NCBI GenBank assembly: GCA_012295275.1
Contig: CM022678.1
Coordinates: forward strand, 10,230,001-10,294,000
Direction: 5' to 3'
DNA length: 64,000 nt
DNA from: Chrysomallon squamiferum
Lineage: Eukaryota; Animalia; Mollusca
The notes beneath the pieces were generated by a model. It was not told where the DNA came from. It saw only the letters and a program-made list of their open reading frames with translations, and did not search any database. Positions 1 to 22,090 of this stretch are shown here, piece by piece. The position numbers were made by a program, and so were the translations under genes. How positions within the stretch are numbered: position 1 is the stretch's first letter; each line of letters starts with the position of its first letter.

Positions 1-591
1 GTCCTAAAATGAAGTTCAAGATAGTACTGTGGATAATTTTCACCTACTTGATAATGGAATTTGTTCCTTATTTAAAAGAGTAAGTGAGTAAAACGTACAA
101 ATACGTCCTACAGCTGAATAGCATTCCTGTGCCAAAGGGTGGAACTCTGCCACAATCAAACTGTGTACCCAGTGCCACAGGTTGGGGTGGGGTGGGGTGT
201 GTCTTAGTCAAACTTTATGACCAATATGCCAGACCGTGAGGACTGCTACTGTTAAGCCACTACGTTGTTGGAGCATGGGTAATTCTAGGCAACCTTCCAT
301 CAGATCTGTTCAGAACCTCTTATGAAGACAGTAAACGTTTGAATGCAAACAGCTATGTTAATTATCTGTTGATCGAAATACCCTATAAATTACTGTATAT
401 TTGCTAAAGAAAACACCTAATCAGTCTATGTCCTGAAAAGTGATCATGATGTAATAATGATGATGATGATGAACATCATGGTGATAGTTATAATAATAAT
501 GAAAATAATGTTATTTTTGTAATGATGATAATATTAATCATCGAGAAACAATAACGATGATATTAATATCAACATTGTGGCTATATTCCTT

Positions 592-622
<31 letters not shown>

Positions 623-681
623 GCTGCTTATTTTTCTTCTTCTTCTTCTTCTTATGATTATTATTATTACTACTACTACTA

Positions 682-722
<41 letters not shown>

Positions 723-983
723 CTGCTGCTGCTGAAACAATTACTATTGTTGTTGTTGTTTTATTTGTTACTATTATCGTTGTAACGGTTTTATTTGTAA
801 TTTTTTTTTTTTTTTTTTTTTTTTAAACAGATTAGTAATTTATGGAAACCGGTAATTACTATATTTAACACAAATTTGAATAAACGTATGAACACATCAT
901 ATATATATATACATTTATTGATTTGTGATTTATTGATTATATAATATGCATGTATGTATGTGTGTGTGTGTATATATATATAT

Positions 984-1026
<43 letters not shown>

Positions 1027-1139
1027 CATACATACATACATACATACACATACATACACACATACACACATACATAAACTACAGCGATAAACAATAGTGT
1101 GGTGTGTGTATATATGTATGTCTGTGTTCGTTATTATTA

Positions 1140-1194
<55 letters not shown>

Positions 1195-2687
1195 GTTATT
1201 GTTGTTATTATTATTATTATTATCATGATCATGATGATGATCATTATTATTACTACTACTGCTGCTGCTGTAACTATTACTATTGTTGTTTATTTATTAT
1301 CGTTGTTACGGTTTTATTTGTGTTCTTGCTTTAAATCTTTTTATTATTATTATTCTTAAAACAGGTTAGTAAATTATGGAGAACGGTAATTACTATTTTT
1401 AACACATTTTTAATACTGCATATACGTCAAACACACACACACACACGCACACACAGAAAACAGGCGATCTAGCAGCAAGGTGACTTTTTTCTCGATGTCC
1501 TGCACATATTTAAACTGTAAAAATAACCTCAAAACATTCTTAATTCTGTTACTTATTAAGTAATCACTGGAATAACTCATCACGTCATTGTAAGTTACTA
1601 CGTCGCCATTTACAACAAACTGGGACGGCATAGTAACTTACAATGACGTGATCGACGGGCGATTACAACGCCATGACAACATCGTCACAAACAAAATCCA
1701 GCTGACTGAACAGCATCTGCGATCTAAAGGAGATGCCGTCCACGTTGTGTCATTACCATAAGACGCCGTTGATGTGTAACACGACTGATCGTTCGATGTC
1801 CGTAGACTGACTGATCCAGTTCTCATTCGGCATCAGAGAAATTTTCGTTTAAATGGAAAAACACGTCATGAATCTGGAAAAATATATGACTGTGGAAAGT
1901 ATTTCGTCTTCATGAAAAACGTTAGCACTTTCATCCTAGAAAAGCTTAAGGACGACTATGTCACCGGCGTTGCTGTGAACAACAGCGTTGTCGTTGAGAA
2001 AGGTATCAGTGCTTCAGGTGGGGAAGTGGAAGTGTCGTGATTTGGTGACAGAATCTGTTACAATGACAGAGAACGTACAGCAAGGAAGTATATCCACAAT
2101 TCCACTGTTATTTATTATCGGAGACAGCTGCGTGAAAATATTTAATATCACTATTAATTTTCGGTCTTATCTGGCTCAAGTACACAAAACTGGAAGTTGG
2201 ATCTCGCTGGTCAGCTGGACCGAAACTTAAAGATTAGTTTGTTATTTATTAAAAATTATGTCGCCACTGAAACATTAGGCCTGAGATCGTATTTCCGTTA
2301 AGTCTTGCTGCGTACTTATTTCTGTAATATTTATTTTAATTTTACTTGTTAGAAAATATGCTCGAAAACGTCAGAAGGCTGAAGATTTGTTTATTGAGAA
2401 GTAAGAATTATTTACTGCTGCTTTGTCAAATGTTTCTGTTTAGAAATGTTTTGAGACTTTTTATACTAAAAATACGTTTGAGACTTTTTCTTTTTTGTAT
2501 GTCATATTTTTCAAAATATTATAACTGTTATTTTTGTGTTTACGGGTATTTTTGTAGTTTGTATACTCCCTGTCTTTCTGTGTTTCCGGGTATGTTTGTA
2601 GTTTGTATATAATGTGTAATATATGGATACAGTTGTATTACTGTACAACACAGTCAAACATCTTTACAACGCCGTCCTGTAGTCGGT

Positions 2688-2787
<100 letters not shown>

Positions 2788-3497
2788 CCTTTAATACTAG
2801 AGAACAAGTGAATGACAAGAATACAAGTGGTTTTCTTTCTTTCTTTCTTTGTTTTTTTTTTGTTTGTTTGTTGTTCATTATGTAGTTTTGTTTTGTGTTT
2901 TTTCTTTTATTATGTTTTTTTGTTGTTGTTTTTTTAATTGAATTCTTTCGTCAATACATACCGGCAAATCTGCATATATTTATTTAATCTCTAAGACAAT
3001 TACACAAGTTTGGGGCCAGGTCTGAAGTTTCGTCCATGTAGTAGTTGACTGTATCAGAAAACAGTTTCTATCACAGAATTCGTTCACACACCGTAGCTCA
3101 CCAATCTCGGCGTTATAAAGAGTTTTGATTGTAATAATATTTTATCTTTGTAATGACTAGAATAAAGTTATTTACAAAGTAATGTTTAAATAAGTAAAAT
3201 GTATTTGTTCTTAGACGTAACGCCTCCAGTTTTCTGTATCGTTCATGGTTAGAGAGAGAGAGAGAGAGAGAGAGTCACTGCACTGAGATGCACAGAAGTA
3301 GATTCAGGAAACGAAAATAGAAAAATAAAGAGAGACGAAGATAATGACACTACTGACATAGTTTCGTCCACAGTGAAAAATAGAGAAATGTGCTGTTGAG
3401 GAAAATAAAGATTTGTGTACGTATGTATGTATATATAAAATGTCACTTAATGTATATAGATATATGTAACTACGTATGTCTGTATATATCTGTCAGT

Positions 3498-3551
<54 letters not shown>

Positions 3552-4592
3552 GCGGATAAAACAACCCACATAAATTTCATGTTAACGACATACATGATGG
3601 TCAGTGCGTTAATTTGATCAAATTTTATATTTATCTTCCAGAGAGCTGGCATGTTATGTCTGCTTGCCAATAAAGTAAAGTAACTGTCGGTATTGCGTAC
3701 AGTCTGAGTAGTTTTAGTATTCTTATTATTGTTTTATAATTTCACTTTCTCTGTTGTTGTTGTTGTCGTTGTTGTTGTTGTTATACCCCCAGCCAGTGAG
3801 GTGCTGGTGCCCGGGGCCGCCAGCTCCCTGATTGTACGCCCCAATGACTCAAGTACAATGGCCTGGTAGCGAGAAATATTATGAGAAAGGAAGATATTTC
3901 GACTATGTAAAAACTCAAAGGAAACACAAATTAAACACTTTATTCGATTTAAATATAACTGAACCAAATTTATTGTGTTCTTTTCTGTGCTTGGATGCCC
4001 GAGGCCACCGTCCCTTCAACCGCCCCCCTCCCCTTTTCTGCACGTCTCTACTCACACTTGATATTATTTCATACTGATGGGGGGGGGGGCGTCTAAGAAA
4101 GCCCGGTAAATGAATTCAAATCCAATGACCTTGACATTGCCGAACGGTTTTCATTGTCGGAATCTTTTTTTTTTTTTTTTGCATTTGCACGCCATTTGTG
4201 GCCAACGCGAAACGTCTGACTAGAGCAGTTTAGTTGCCTGTACAGAAATAGTTTCACTAGCACGTGCTGCACGTGCATTTTGATGTCTACCACGAATAAC
4301 GTTCCTGAAGCTTACGTGAATCAAGTGGTAAAAGTTGCAACTTCGATGGTGGTGTGGTATCAGATGACTGTTGAAGAAAGAGGAGGGGCTATTGCCAGAA
4401 TTCGATAGTTCAAGTGAAAAAGAAAAATTTGAAACCACACTAATTCTGTATTAGCTACAAACAGACAGGCAGATATACAGATATTTAAGGTGTTTTATTT
4501 CTATCTAGTTCAGTGAACAAAGGAATAAATAGGTTAATAAGCACATTGTAATCTTATGATAATTTCAATCAATTTTTCTCTTTTTGTTTTTA

Positions 4593-4635
<43 letters not shown>

Positions 4636-4843
4636 TCAATAATAATAATTTATCAACACATGACAAAATAACAAAATAAAAAGAGAGATGAAATAAGTAA
4701 TTTATTAAAAACTGTCACTCTTATAATACTATTTACAATACAGAAATAATAATTAAAAAAACCTGACCAAGAGCGACGATTGAATATATATATATATATA
4801 TAAACTGACAAGATCAACGTAAATATTGTAATATACATATAGT

Positions 4844-4885
<42 letters not shown>

Positions 4886-5110
4886 AGGTTATATATATTA
4901 TATTATCTATAGAAGTTTAAAACATCAGCACAGTTTTATTTATTTATTTGTTTATTTTAATTGTTATATATAATTTTATCAACATATGTTGTGTCTCTCT
5001 GTCTCTTCTCTCTCTTTCTGTCTCTCTCTCTGTCTGTCTTTCTGTCTCTGTCGCTCTGATTTCATTATTTCTGTCTGATTCTGATTTCATTTTTTCTCTC
5101 TGAATCTGAT

Positions 5111-5196
<86 letters not shown>

Positions 5197-5393
5197 CGTC
5201 AGTGTGTGTGCGTATGTGCGTACATGTGTGTTACGAATCTTCTATGACAAACCACACTTTATTATCAATAGTTAATTACAACAATCTAATTTTTATTTAT
5301 TTATTTTTTATATTTTATTTAGTTTTATTTTTAGTTTCTATTTTGTTTATTTTTTTTATTTTTTTTTTAATTACTTAGTTATTTACTTTTTTT

Positions 5394-5445
<52 letters not shown>

Positions 5446-5754
5446 TTGTTTTTAATTTAAAAGTGATTTAGTTGGACGATACTAAATGACTCAACTAAAA
5501 CTTTGAAATAATCTTAAAATGTTATTACTTTATCAATCGGTATCAAATGAACCCAAGTAAAGGATAATTCTGAACAAGCAACAATATCATTTAATAAAAT
5601 TTAAATAAAAATTATATTGTTATATATATACTAAAGAAATCTAATATGTAGGTACATACTGAACTGGTAATAAAATTTAAATATATATATACAATGTTAA
5701 AACATAAATAAATAAATAAAACATAAATAAATAAATAAATAAATAAATAAATAT

Positions 5755-5790
<36 letters not shown>

Positions 5791-7706
5791 AATACTAGAA
5801 TATTATATACATTAAAAGCTGGTAATATCAAATGACTACAAAAACAAGTATGTGATTTAGTATGAGTAATAAACAATATTCCATTTGTCTAATGTTGCAG
5901 GTAATAACTGTGATTTTTAATTGTACGCATTTAACATAAGAAATAAATGAGTGACTTCTTAAAATTATCCTAGATAGATAGATAGATAGATAGATAGATA
6001 TACAGAGACAGAGAGATTATAGATATATGTAGACAAGAAATACACAGACAAAGAGATTGAGTGAGTGACAGACATCCAGACAGACAAATTGACAGATAGA
6101 TTAGATTATACAGAGTAGTTATACAGATTTACAGACGGAGATACAGAGATAAAATAGATACTGAGATATAGATAAGTATTATTAATGTTTGCTTAAGTCC
6201 CAAAGTGTTTAGGAATACTAAGGAAAACTAATATTTAGACATCACAGATATTATACTGAAATTTCTTAAATCCTACTAATAGACATACAGATATACAGAT
6301 ATATAGATATGCGAGATATTTTATATATATATATCTGGTTTATTTACATATATATATATATAAGTAATATATATGTTTATAAACACACTATATAATGTTG
6401 TGGGCATGTCAAATAAAGGTTCTTAAAAAAATTATAACCAAATTTCACAAAGCCACATGACCTTTTGGGGGGGGGAGTTGGGGGTTGGGGGTTAACGTAG
6501 ACAAACGAAACAAAACAAACAGCTATCACAAACATATCATTTATTATTATTTGTGAGTTCCTTATAACAAGACGTACAACAAAGAAACATAACTAAAAAC
6601 ATTATTATTAATATCCGCTTCTGATTATAGCCATAAATTTAACATGATCAACGCAAATATTGTAATATACACATACTGCACATACGCACGCACGCACACA
6701 CACACACTCACACTCACACACATACACAACTGTACAAGTATCATTTTGTATCATTTTCAAAACGGTTGTAGTTCGTACACCAAAGTTCTCACATTATCTT
6801 ACTGATCCTTACTGCAGTAAAAGTAAGCTATGTCCAATTCCAGACAGAGCTCATTACTGATTCATCAAACACTGTGGTGTTTTCTTATTTATCAAAAGAA
6901 CAGAGGCTATAAAAATAAGCCTTGCTGCCAATTTTAAAAAAGTGTAACCTATGAGGAGTTGATCGAGGTTTCTTCTCCATGTACATCACTACTGAACTAT
7001 TTGCTTTTTATAAACGCCAGTAATAAAATATTCATGTGTTCATTCATTCACACAGACGTTAAAGATAAATGTAAATTTGTTTAACATCATAAATACTAGT
7101 TTCCCAAACCATAACATCCTAAGGCCTATATTTCTGTGCTATATTAAAGATATTATGTGGGTAAGCTTTATGTAATATATATTTATCTTACTAAGTAAAT
7201 ATTTCTTTGTATATTACAGGTAAGTATAAATATTATGTCAACCAAAAAAGCAAATACAGATACATATGACTCGTATACACCTATTATCTATCGAAAGTTA
7301 AAACATAAATAAATATATATTTATTGGTTTTAAATGCTGGGGTATTTTATACGTTCAAAGCTGTTAATATCAAATGACTGTAACAACATTAGCATGAGTG
7401 AAAAACCATAATCCATTTGTCTAATGTTACATTAATAATGTAATAACGATGATTTGTAATTGTAAGTAGTTAACATAAGAAATAAATGAGTGCCTTTTAC
7501 ACAGTATCCTTCATTCCTCTCTTTTTAGTTGACCTACAAGTAAACAATATAATATAATATAATATAATATAATATAATATAATATAATATAATATAATAT
7601 AATATAATATAATATAACATTAAATAATATAACATAATATAATATAATATATACCACATTAAAGATAGACAGACATACAGCTAAACACACTTTGAGATTT
7701 TTAGTC

Positions 7707-7810
<104 letters not shown>

Positions 7811-7903
7811 ATTGTCATACTTTTATTTTCTGTATTAAATAATATCAATATCAGTGTCTTGCCTAGAAATGCTTGTCATAATAACTGGGTGTCTGCTCAA
7901 CGT

Positions 7904-16733
<8,830 letters not shown>

Positions 16734-17328
16734 CTTCACTCGATAATCTAAACAGTGTATTCAGATAAAGAAGCGCATTAGGTGAAAGAAAGTAGGGTGC
16801 TTTTAACAAAGGATTAAATGTTACATGTGACTGTTCAACTGTTCTTTGGACCAGGAAGAAACCTGATCGAATTAACTAATGCTGCGAATAATAATTAATG
16901 ATACTCTGTTTTTTATTTGTATTTTTTATTTTTATTTTTTATTATTATTCTTTTTTGTTGGTTTGTTTGTTTGTTTATTTTAGCTATATTGTCACATCAG
17001 TTAAACCTACATCTATGATTTTCAGAAATCTTTCTCTTCCTTTTATGTCTATGAAGGCGACTCTATATGTTAAAGTAAAGTAATTGTTTGTATATATGTC
17101 TGCGTGTGCGTGCGTGTTTGTGTCTTTGTGTGTTTATTATTATTATTAGTCACACAAACAATATAGACAATACATGTATCTGTGTGTGTGTGTGTGTGAC
17201 TAAATTTAACGTATATATTCATATATCTACACGTGTTTTTCTGTAGATATGTATATCTGTGTGTATCTCTCTCTCACTCTCAATCTGTAGATAGATAGAT
17301 AGACAGATAGATATATATATATATATAT

Positions 17329-17377
<49 letters not shown>

Positions 17378-18136
17378 TAGAGAGATAGACAAATAGATAT
17401 ATAACGTCATCTTTGGACCAGGAAGAAACCTGATCGAATTAAGTAATGCTGCGAATAATAAGTAAAGAATTATCAGGTCGCTTCGACTTCATGAAACAAA
17501 TAGCGTGAGTGAAAACATACGATATGCTGTACAATAGATGCTCTCAATACAAAGTCCTTCTTACTCTGATTTTTATTCTTGTTGTTTTATTGATATAAAT
17601 ACGTGTTTGTGTGTTTGTGTGTTTGTGCATATGCATATGCATATATATATAATATGAAAAACCGCGAATATTGGATGCAGTTTTAAAACGTCTATTATGA
17701 GATTATATACGGTACTAAATGCTTCCCAAACACTTTCTAAAGACACTATTACTCATTAATACAGTAATAATGTAGTAATATTGTGCAGTTATGTATTTCA
17801 CTAATGTAGTAATGATAATGTAAACACATTTTAATTTTGTATAAACAATATTTTATGTTTGTATGTATTTACCCATACTGTATTACTTTATTCTATGCGT
17901 ATTGACAGAAAGTGGAACAAATTTAAAGGCAAACAGACAGATAAATACAGTATGTTCATGTAATGTCAGCGTTGTTCCATGATGTCAATCGATAAAAACT
18001 ACTAGAGAGTAAATATGTAAAAGTCTCTATCTACCTTTGTTTTATGACGTTATAACGCTAGCCTGGTATACCAGCATAATAAAATAACCCGCGAATATTG
18101 GTCTGTAATATATATATGAATGTATGTCTGTATGTA

Positions 18137-18169
<33 letters not shown>

Positions 18170-18207
18170 GCCAAGTAATAAAATACTGTTGATCAGTATA
18201 TATCATA

Positions 18208-18250
<43 letters not shown>

Positions 18251-18253
18251 TGA

Positions 18254-19471
18254 GACCCATTCTCAAAAGATGAACTATACTGATGGTTACATATTTTACC
18301 ATTTTAAAATTGAACCATCTTTTTCACTTTAAATCACGATCTTTTTTCACCGTGTTGTACATATAGCAAAAAGAAAAAAAAAACCATATATGATAACAAG
18401 GTGTTTGTAACGTTAAAAAAAAGCAATGGTTTATTTGAGCAAATGAACTGAAAGGTGCGTACAAATTCCAAGTGAAAGTGTGACGCTAGCAACATTTCTT
18501 TAATGTTTATATTGTTATTAGTCGACATCTTCAAACAATTTCAAAGCGCATTTCTGCAATTCAGTTCTATCCAAAACGAAACAGATTTGTAGTTTGGTAA
18601 CGCACTGGTAGTTCTCGTTGTTTTTCTACCTTTGTCGAGTTCGGCGCTCGGTCGTGAAGTTTATCATCTCATCGCCAAGAGAAATTTTGAAAAGTCACAA
18701 ATTCAGTAAAAAAAATATTAATAAATTACTATTACAACTTGCCTCTGAATAATAATTCGTTTGCATTGTTTAATTCAAATATTTAGAGATTCACATAGTA
18801 CATTAGTGAATTTTTTTCATTTCTGTCGACGAATTCCCAGCACTTCGTCACGTTCAGTCAAAGTCAAATCCTAAAAAAAAAAAAAAAAACGATTAAATAC
18901 TACGACGTGCCGATCAAGGTTTTGTATTATCAAACGACCCCAGAAAGTAGTCCGCTTAAGTTCGATGACGACAATGGCGAAATGAAGACATTATAAGCAG
19001 TTTTCGTCATCGAACTGAAAACATCATGTCCGATGATTCCACGACATCTAACCACATTTTACGTACCGGCTGTCCAGCCGACATCAAATCTGTTAAAAGT
19101 TCAGATTTCGTCCATTTTCCTTCCGTCCCAAATAACTTCTGTGAAACCTGCTATGGAAAACAAATATGTGGAAAGAAAGATCATTATGTGTTCTTTTAAA
19201 TGGTAACGTTGTTTTTTGTGCGTGTTAAATCAGTCTTTGTAAATGATCTTCGGCGCTCGTGATTAGCCATTAACAGCGTGGAGTAATGACCTTTAACATC
19301 AACAAATGTTCTCTAACTGTCTACAACTGTCTACTAATTCTTAAATTGATAAAAAAAAAAAAAAAAACACACACGCAAAACTAAGATTAATATTACCGTT
19401 TCCATTTAAAAACGATTTTGAAAATAGTGCATTTATTTCACGGGTCTAGACTCACCTTTTGAGAATGGGTC
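18254..19471. mobile_element. TIR-bounded element of unknown superfamily
   Basis: GACCCATTCTCAAAAGATGA at 18254 and its reverse complement ending at 19471. An outer inverted pair also lies at about 18167-18193 and 19537-19563. Confidence 0.55.
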
Positions 19472-19631
19472 ATGTAATGTATGTATGTATAAGTGTATAT
19501 GTGTACGAATGTATATCTATTTATCTATACACACTAATCAACAGTATTTTATTATTTGGCATAACCCGAAACCACACATCTACTATAAATAAAATATCAA
19601 CATGATTAATCTACATGACATTCCATTATAA

Positions 19632-19983
19632 CAGGGGATGCCAAATATTTGTTCATGGGGTCACATGAGAAACAGAAAATATTGTTGAGGGCCGAGCCAA
19701 AAAGCTTAACTCAGTTCTTCATAATATTAATTCTATTTCTTTATTAAAAAAGATAAAGCAGTAAATAGCATTGTTATGTTAAGAGTATATGTTATGACTA
19801 AACAATGAAAAAGTGAGGTTGGCTTACAAAATAATGTCATTTATTCAGTCAGACGTCTCAAACCAATGGATGTTTTTAACATTTGATTCAACAATGAAAA
19901 AGTCAAAACTTGAGGTTTCACGTTCCAGCTGAAGCTCCAGATTCCCAGCAATGTCCTCGATCCTTCTCGTCACAGTTCGCCTG
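19632..19983 (-). mobile_element. Truncated hAT (Buster/GTF2IRD2-like) element end
   Basis: CAGGGG.. terminus. Minus-strand translation of 19983-19918 gives RRTVTRRIEDIAGNLELQLERE, typical of Buster/GTF2IRD2-type transposases. Confidence 0.7.
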
Positions 19984-21520
19984 TACTCCACATTTCTGTG
20001 ATTGCTTTCCTTCCACCTGTGTTTACCTGGTACAAACTGGTCAATGGTGAGAGGAAATTATTAACAAAGACTGAACCTGTTAAGTCAAATTCGTGGTCTT
20101 GTGTTGGACAGCTGATTCTGTACAAAACTAAACGAAAAGATGCGGGTGATTACTATATATATATATATATACACACATATATAACTGAAGATAAGACTAG
20201 TGTTGCATGCAGATAGTTTAATGTAAAATTTAATCATTATTTTATTGGTCCAAGTAATAATATCGTACATGAAGAAGTATACATTCTGATGTGTTTCTCT
20301 TCAACATATGTCGTTTTGTACAGTTGTAAAACTGATAGACTGAATACATGTAAACTTTTCAGTTCCTTCTTCAGTCTACAGGTTTTTGAATTTACGATCT
20401 TACCTGCCACATAGGAAAGAACATTTCAGTCGACAGGCATCAACAAAATCGTATTCTATTATTTATATGTATTTTGTTTCTTGAGAATTTCTGTTTAAAG
20501 AACATAACTGAATCCCTTTAACGTATTCCTCTCTTTCTTTTATTTTGTATTTAGTTCTAATTTTTAATTTTGTTTTATAATGTAAAATATTCACAGATTA
20601 AATAACATTTTAGAAATCAAATGTAAAGTGACCCATGTGTTCGAGAAGGGTGAGCATACCGATTCTGGAAAAGGCGTATGAAACGCATCAAACACGTGAC
20701 GTTTAAAGATTTTTAACTCCGCGAAATTCGTATCAATGGTGAAATGCTACATCAAAAGAATATAGTTATTTAATAAATTATTTAAAACCTTTCACATTAT
20801 CACTATATTGTTAGAACGAACTTCTTAAATAAAAAGTATTTTGGTGTGTGTTTGTTTTTCCCAATATTGGTGTGACATCAACGTTTGCTAATAATAAAGT
20901 ATCTGGTTTAAAGAAATATAATAAATTACGTCAAATACTGCAAAGGCACCCTTCCATGGTCAAATTATTTGATGACTTGTACATAAAATGATGTCAAGAA
21001 AATATTATATTATTGTGTTTTTTTATGATCTATTGAATGTTGAATGTTTAAAAACAACGATTAATATTGTACAGACTCTGCACAAGAGGTGAAGATAATC
21101 TATATTGGAACTGCAGCAGGCAGGTGCAGCAGTTTTGCTTGTAGTTGTATAAATTATTCTGGTCTTTGTTTTCATAAGAAAACGGAGAGGTAAGGAAATC
21201 AACAGTCACATGTCTTTGTAAAATAATAACAACATACTTGGTAACAGTCACATGTCTTTGTTTACTGATATAATTCTTTTTCTAAAATAAACTATTTGTG
21301 TCCAGGATTTGTAAACTGTAACTTTATATTTGTAAAATGTAAATGAAACATGATTTGGACAGTCTGATTTCCATTTGTACTATGTATTGTGCGTTTCATA
21401 ATCAATTACTGTATTTGAAAATGAAAATGAAAAGGTAATTAATTAATTAAAATTAATTTATATTAAAACAGTTTTACATTAACAAAATGAATATTAACTT
21501 TGTAGAAATAACCGTGAGAG
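19981..21520 (+). pseudogene. Fragment of the CUB-Ig receptor family (partial last Ig exon, decayed TM exon, introns)
   Basis: VLHISVIAFLPPVFTWYKLVNGERKLL..DAGDY matches gene B 52021-52192. TM-exon homolog at about 21075-21188 has a frameshift and a stop. Confidence 0.85.
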
Positions 21521-21569
21521 ACTTTTTCTCGCCAGGATTGATTCACAATACTTAATCATCCACTTTAGT

Positions 21570-21845
21570 GAGTTTCCAACGAAACACTTTAATGGTTTTC
21601 CCGGAAATACTTTATTGATTTTTCCGGGAAATATTTAGTCGATATTTCCCTGGAAATCGTGTCTGTGTATAAACATAACAGTAGTTTCCCAGGAATTTCT
21701 TGCTGATGACTCAGCGCTAGAAATTAACTGTGGCTTGTGTTACTTGGAACCAAGCGTCAGGTGATATTTTACTGTAAATAACGTCACAGAAAAATCGTGA
21801 CTTTCGCTAGAGTTAGGACTTACTCACTTTGACGATATAAAAGCA
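21570..21845 (+). promoter_or_regulatory. Predicted inducible promoter of IAP copy 1 (STAT/GAS cluster, AP-1, kB-like, TATA)
   Basis: TTCCCGGAA 21598, TTCCGGGAA 21622, TTCCCTGGAA 21646, TTCCCAGGAA(TTTC) 21686, TGACTCA 21707, TATAAAAG 21836. Largely conserved in copy 2. Confidence 0.65.
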
Positions 21846-21883
21846 GACGACTCAGACGAGGTTTACTGTATGTCACTGGTATT

Positions 21884-22090
21884 AACCAGTGACGTTCAGT
21901 TATGAGAAAGTAAAACTAGTGACCAGTGACATTCAGTTGAGAAAGTAAAACTAGAACCAGTGACATTCAGTGATGAGAAAGTAAAACTAGTAACCAGTGA
22001 CATTCAGTGATGAGAAAGTAAAACTAGTAACCAGTGACAGTCAGTTATGAGAAAGTAAAACTAGTAACCAGTGACATTCAATGATGAACG
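21884..22090 (+). repeat. 37-bp minisatellite, about 5 copies plus a partial, in predicted 5' UTR exon of IAP copy 1
   Basis: Unit AACCAGTGACATTCAGTTATGAGAAAGTAAAACTAGT; followed by donor GAG|GTAAAA at 22111. Confidence 0.92.

Noticed and set aside
1-420. Possible retroelement UTR at the window start, and TE-like patches at about 3790-4440
   Set aside because: Composition is suggestive, but no ORF, TIR pair or TSD could be established.
557-1359. Low-complexity ORFs (poly-S/Y/T/I, ERER, SLSL, CVCV) here and throughout the window
   Set aside because: They are translations of di-, tri- and tetranucleotide microsatellites.
5810-7510. Short local duplications (5810-5970 versus 7355-7510; also 720-870 versus 1260-1410)
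   Set aside because: Real but non-coding local duplicates with no evident function.
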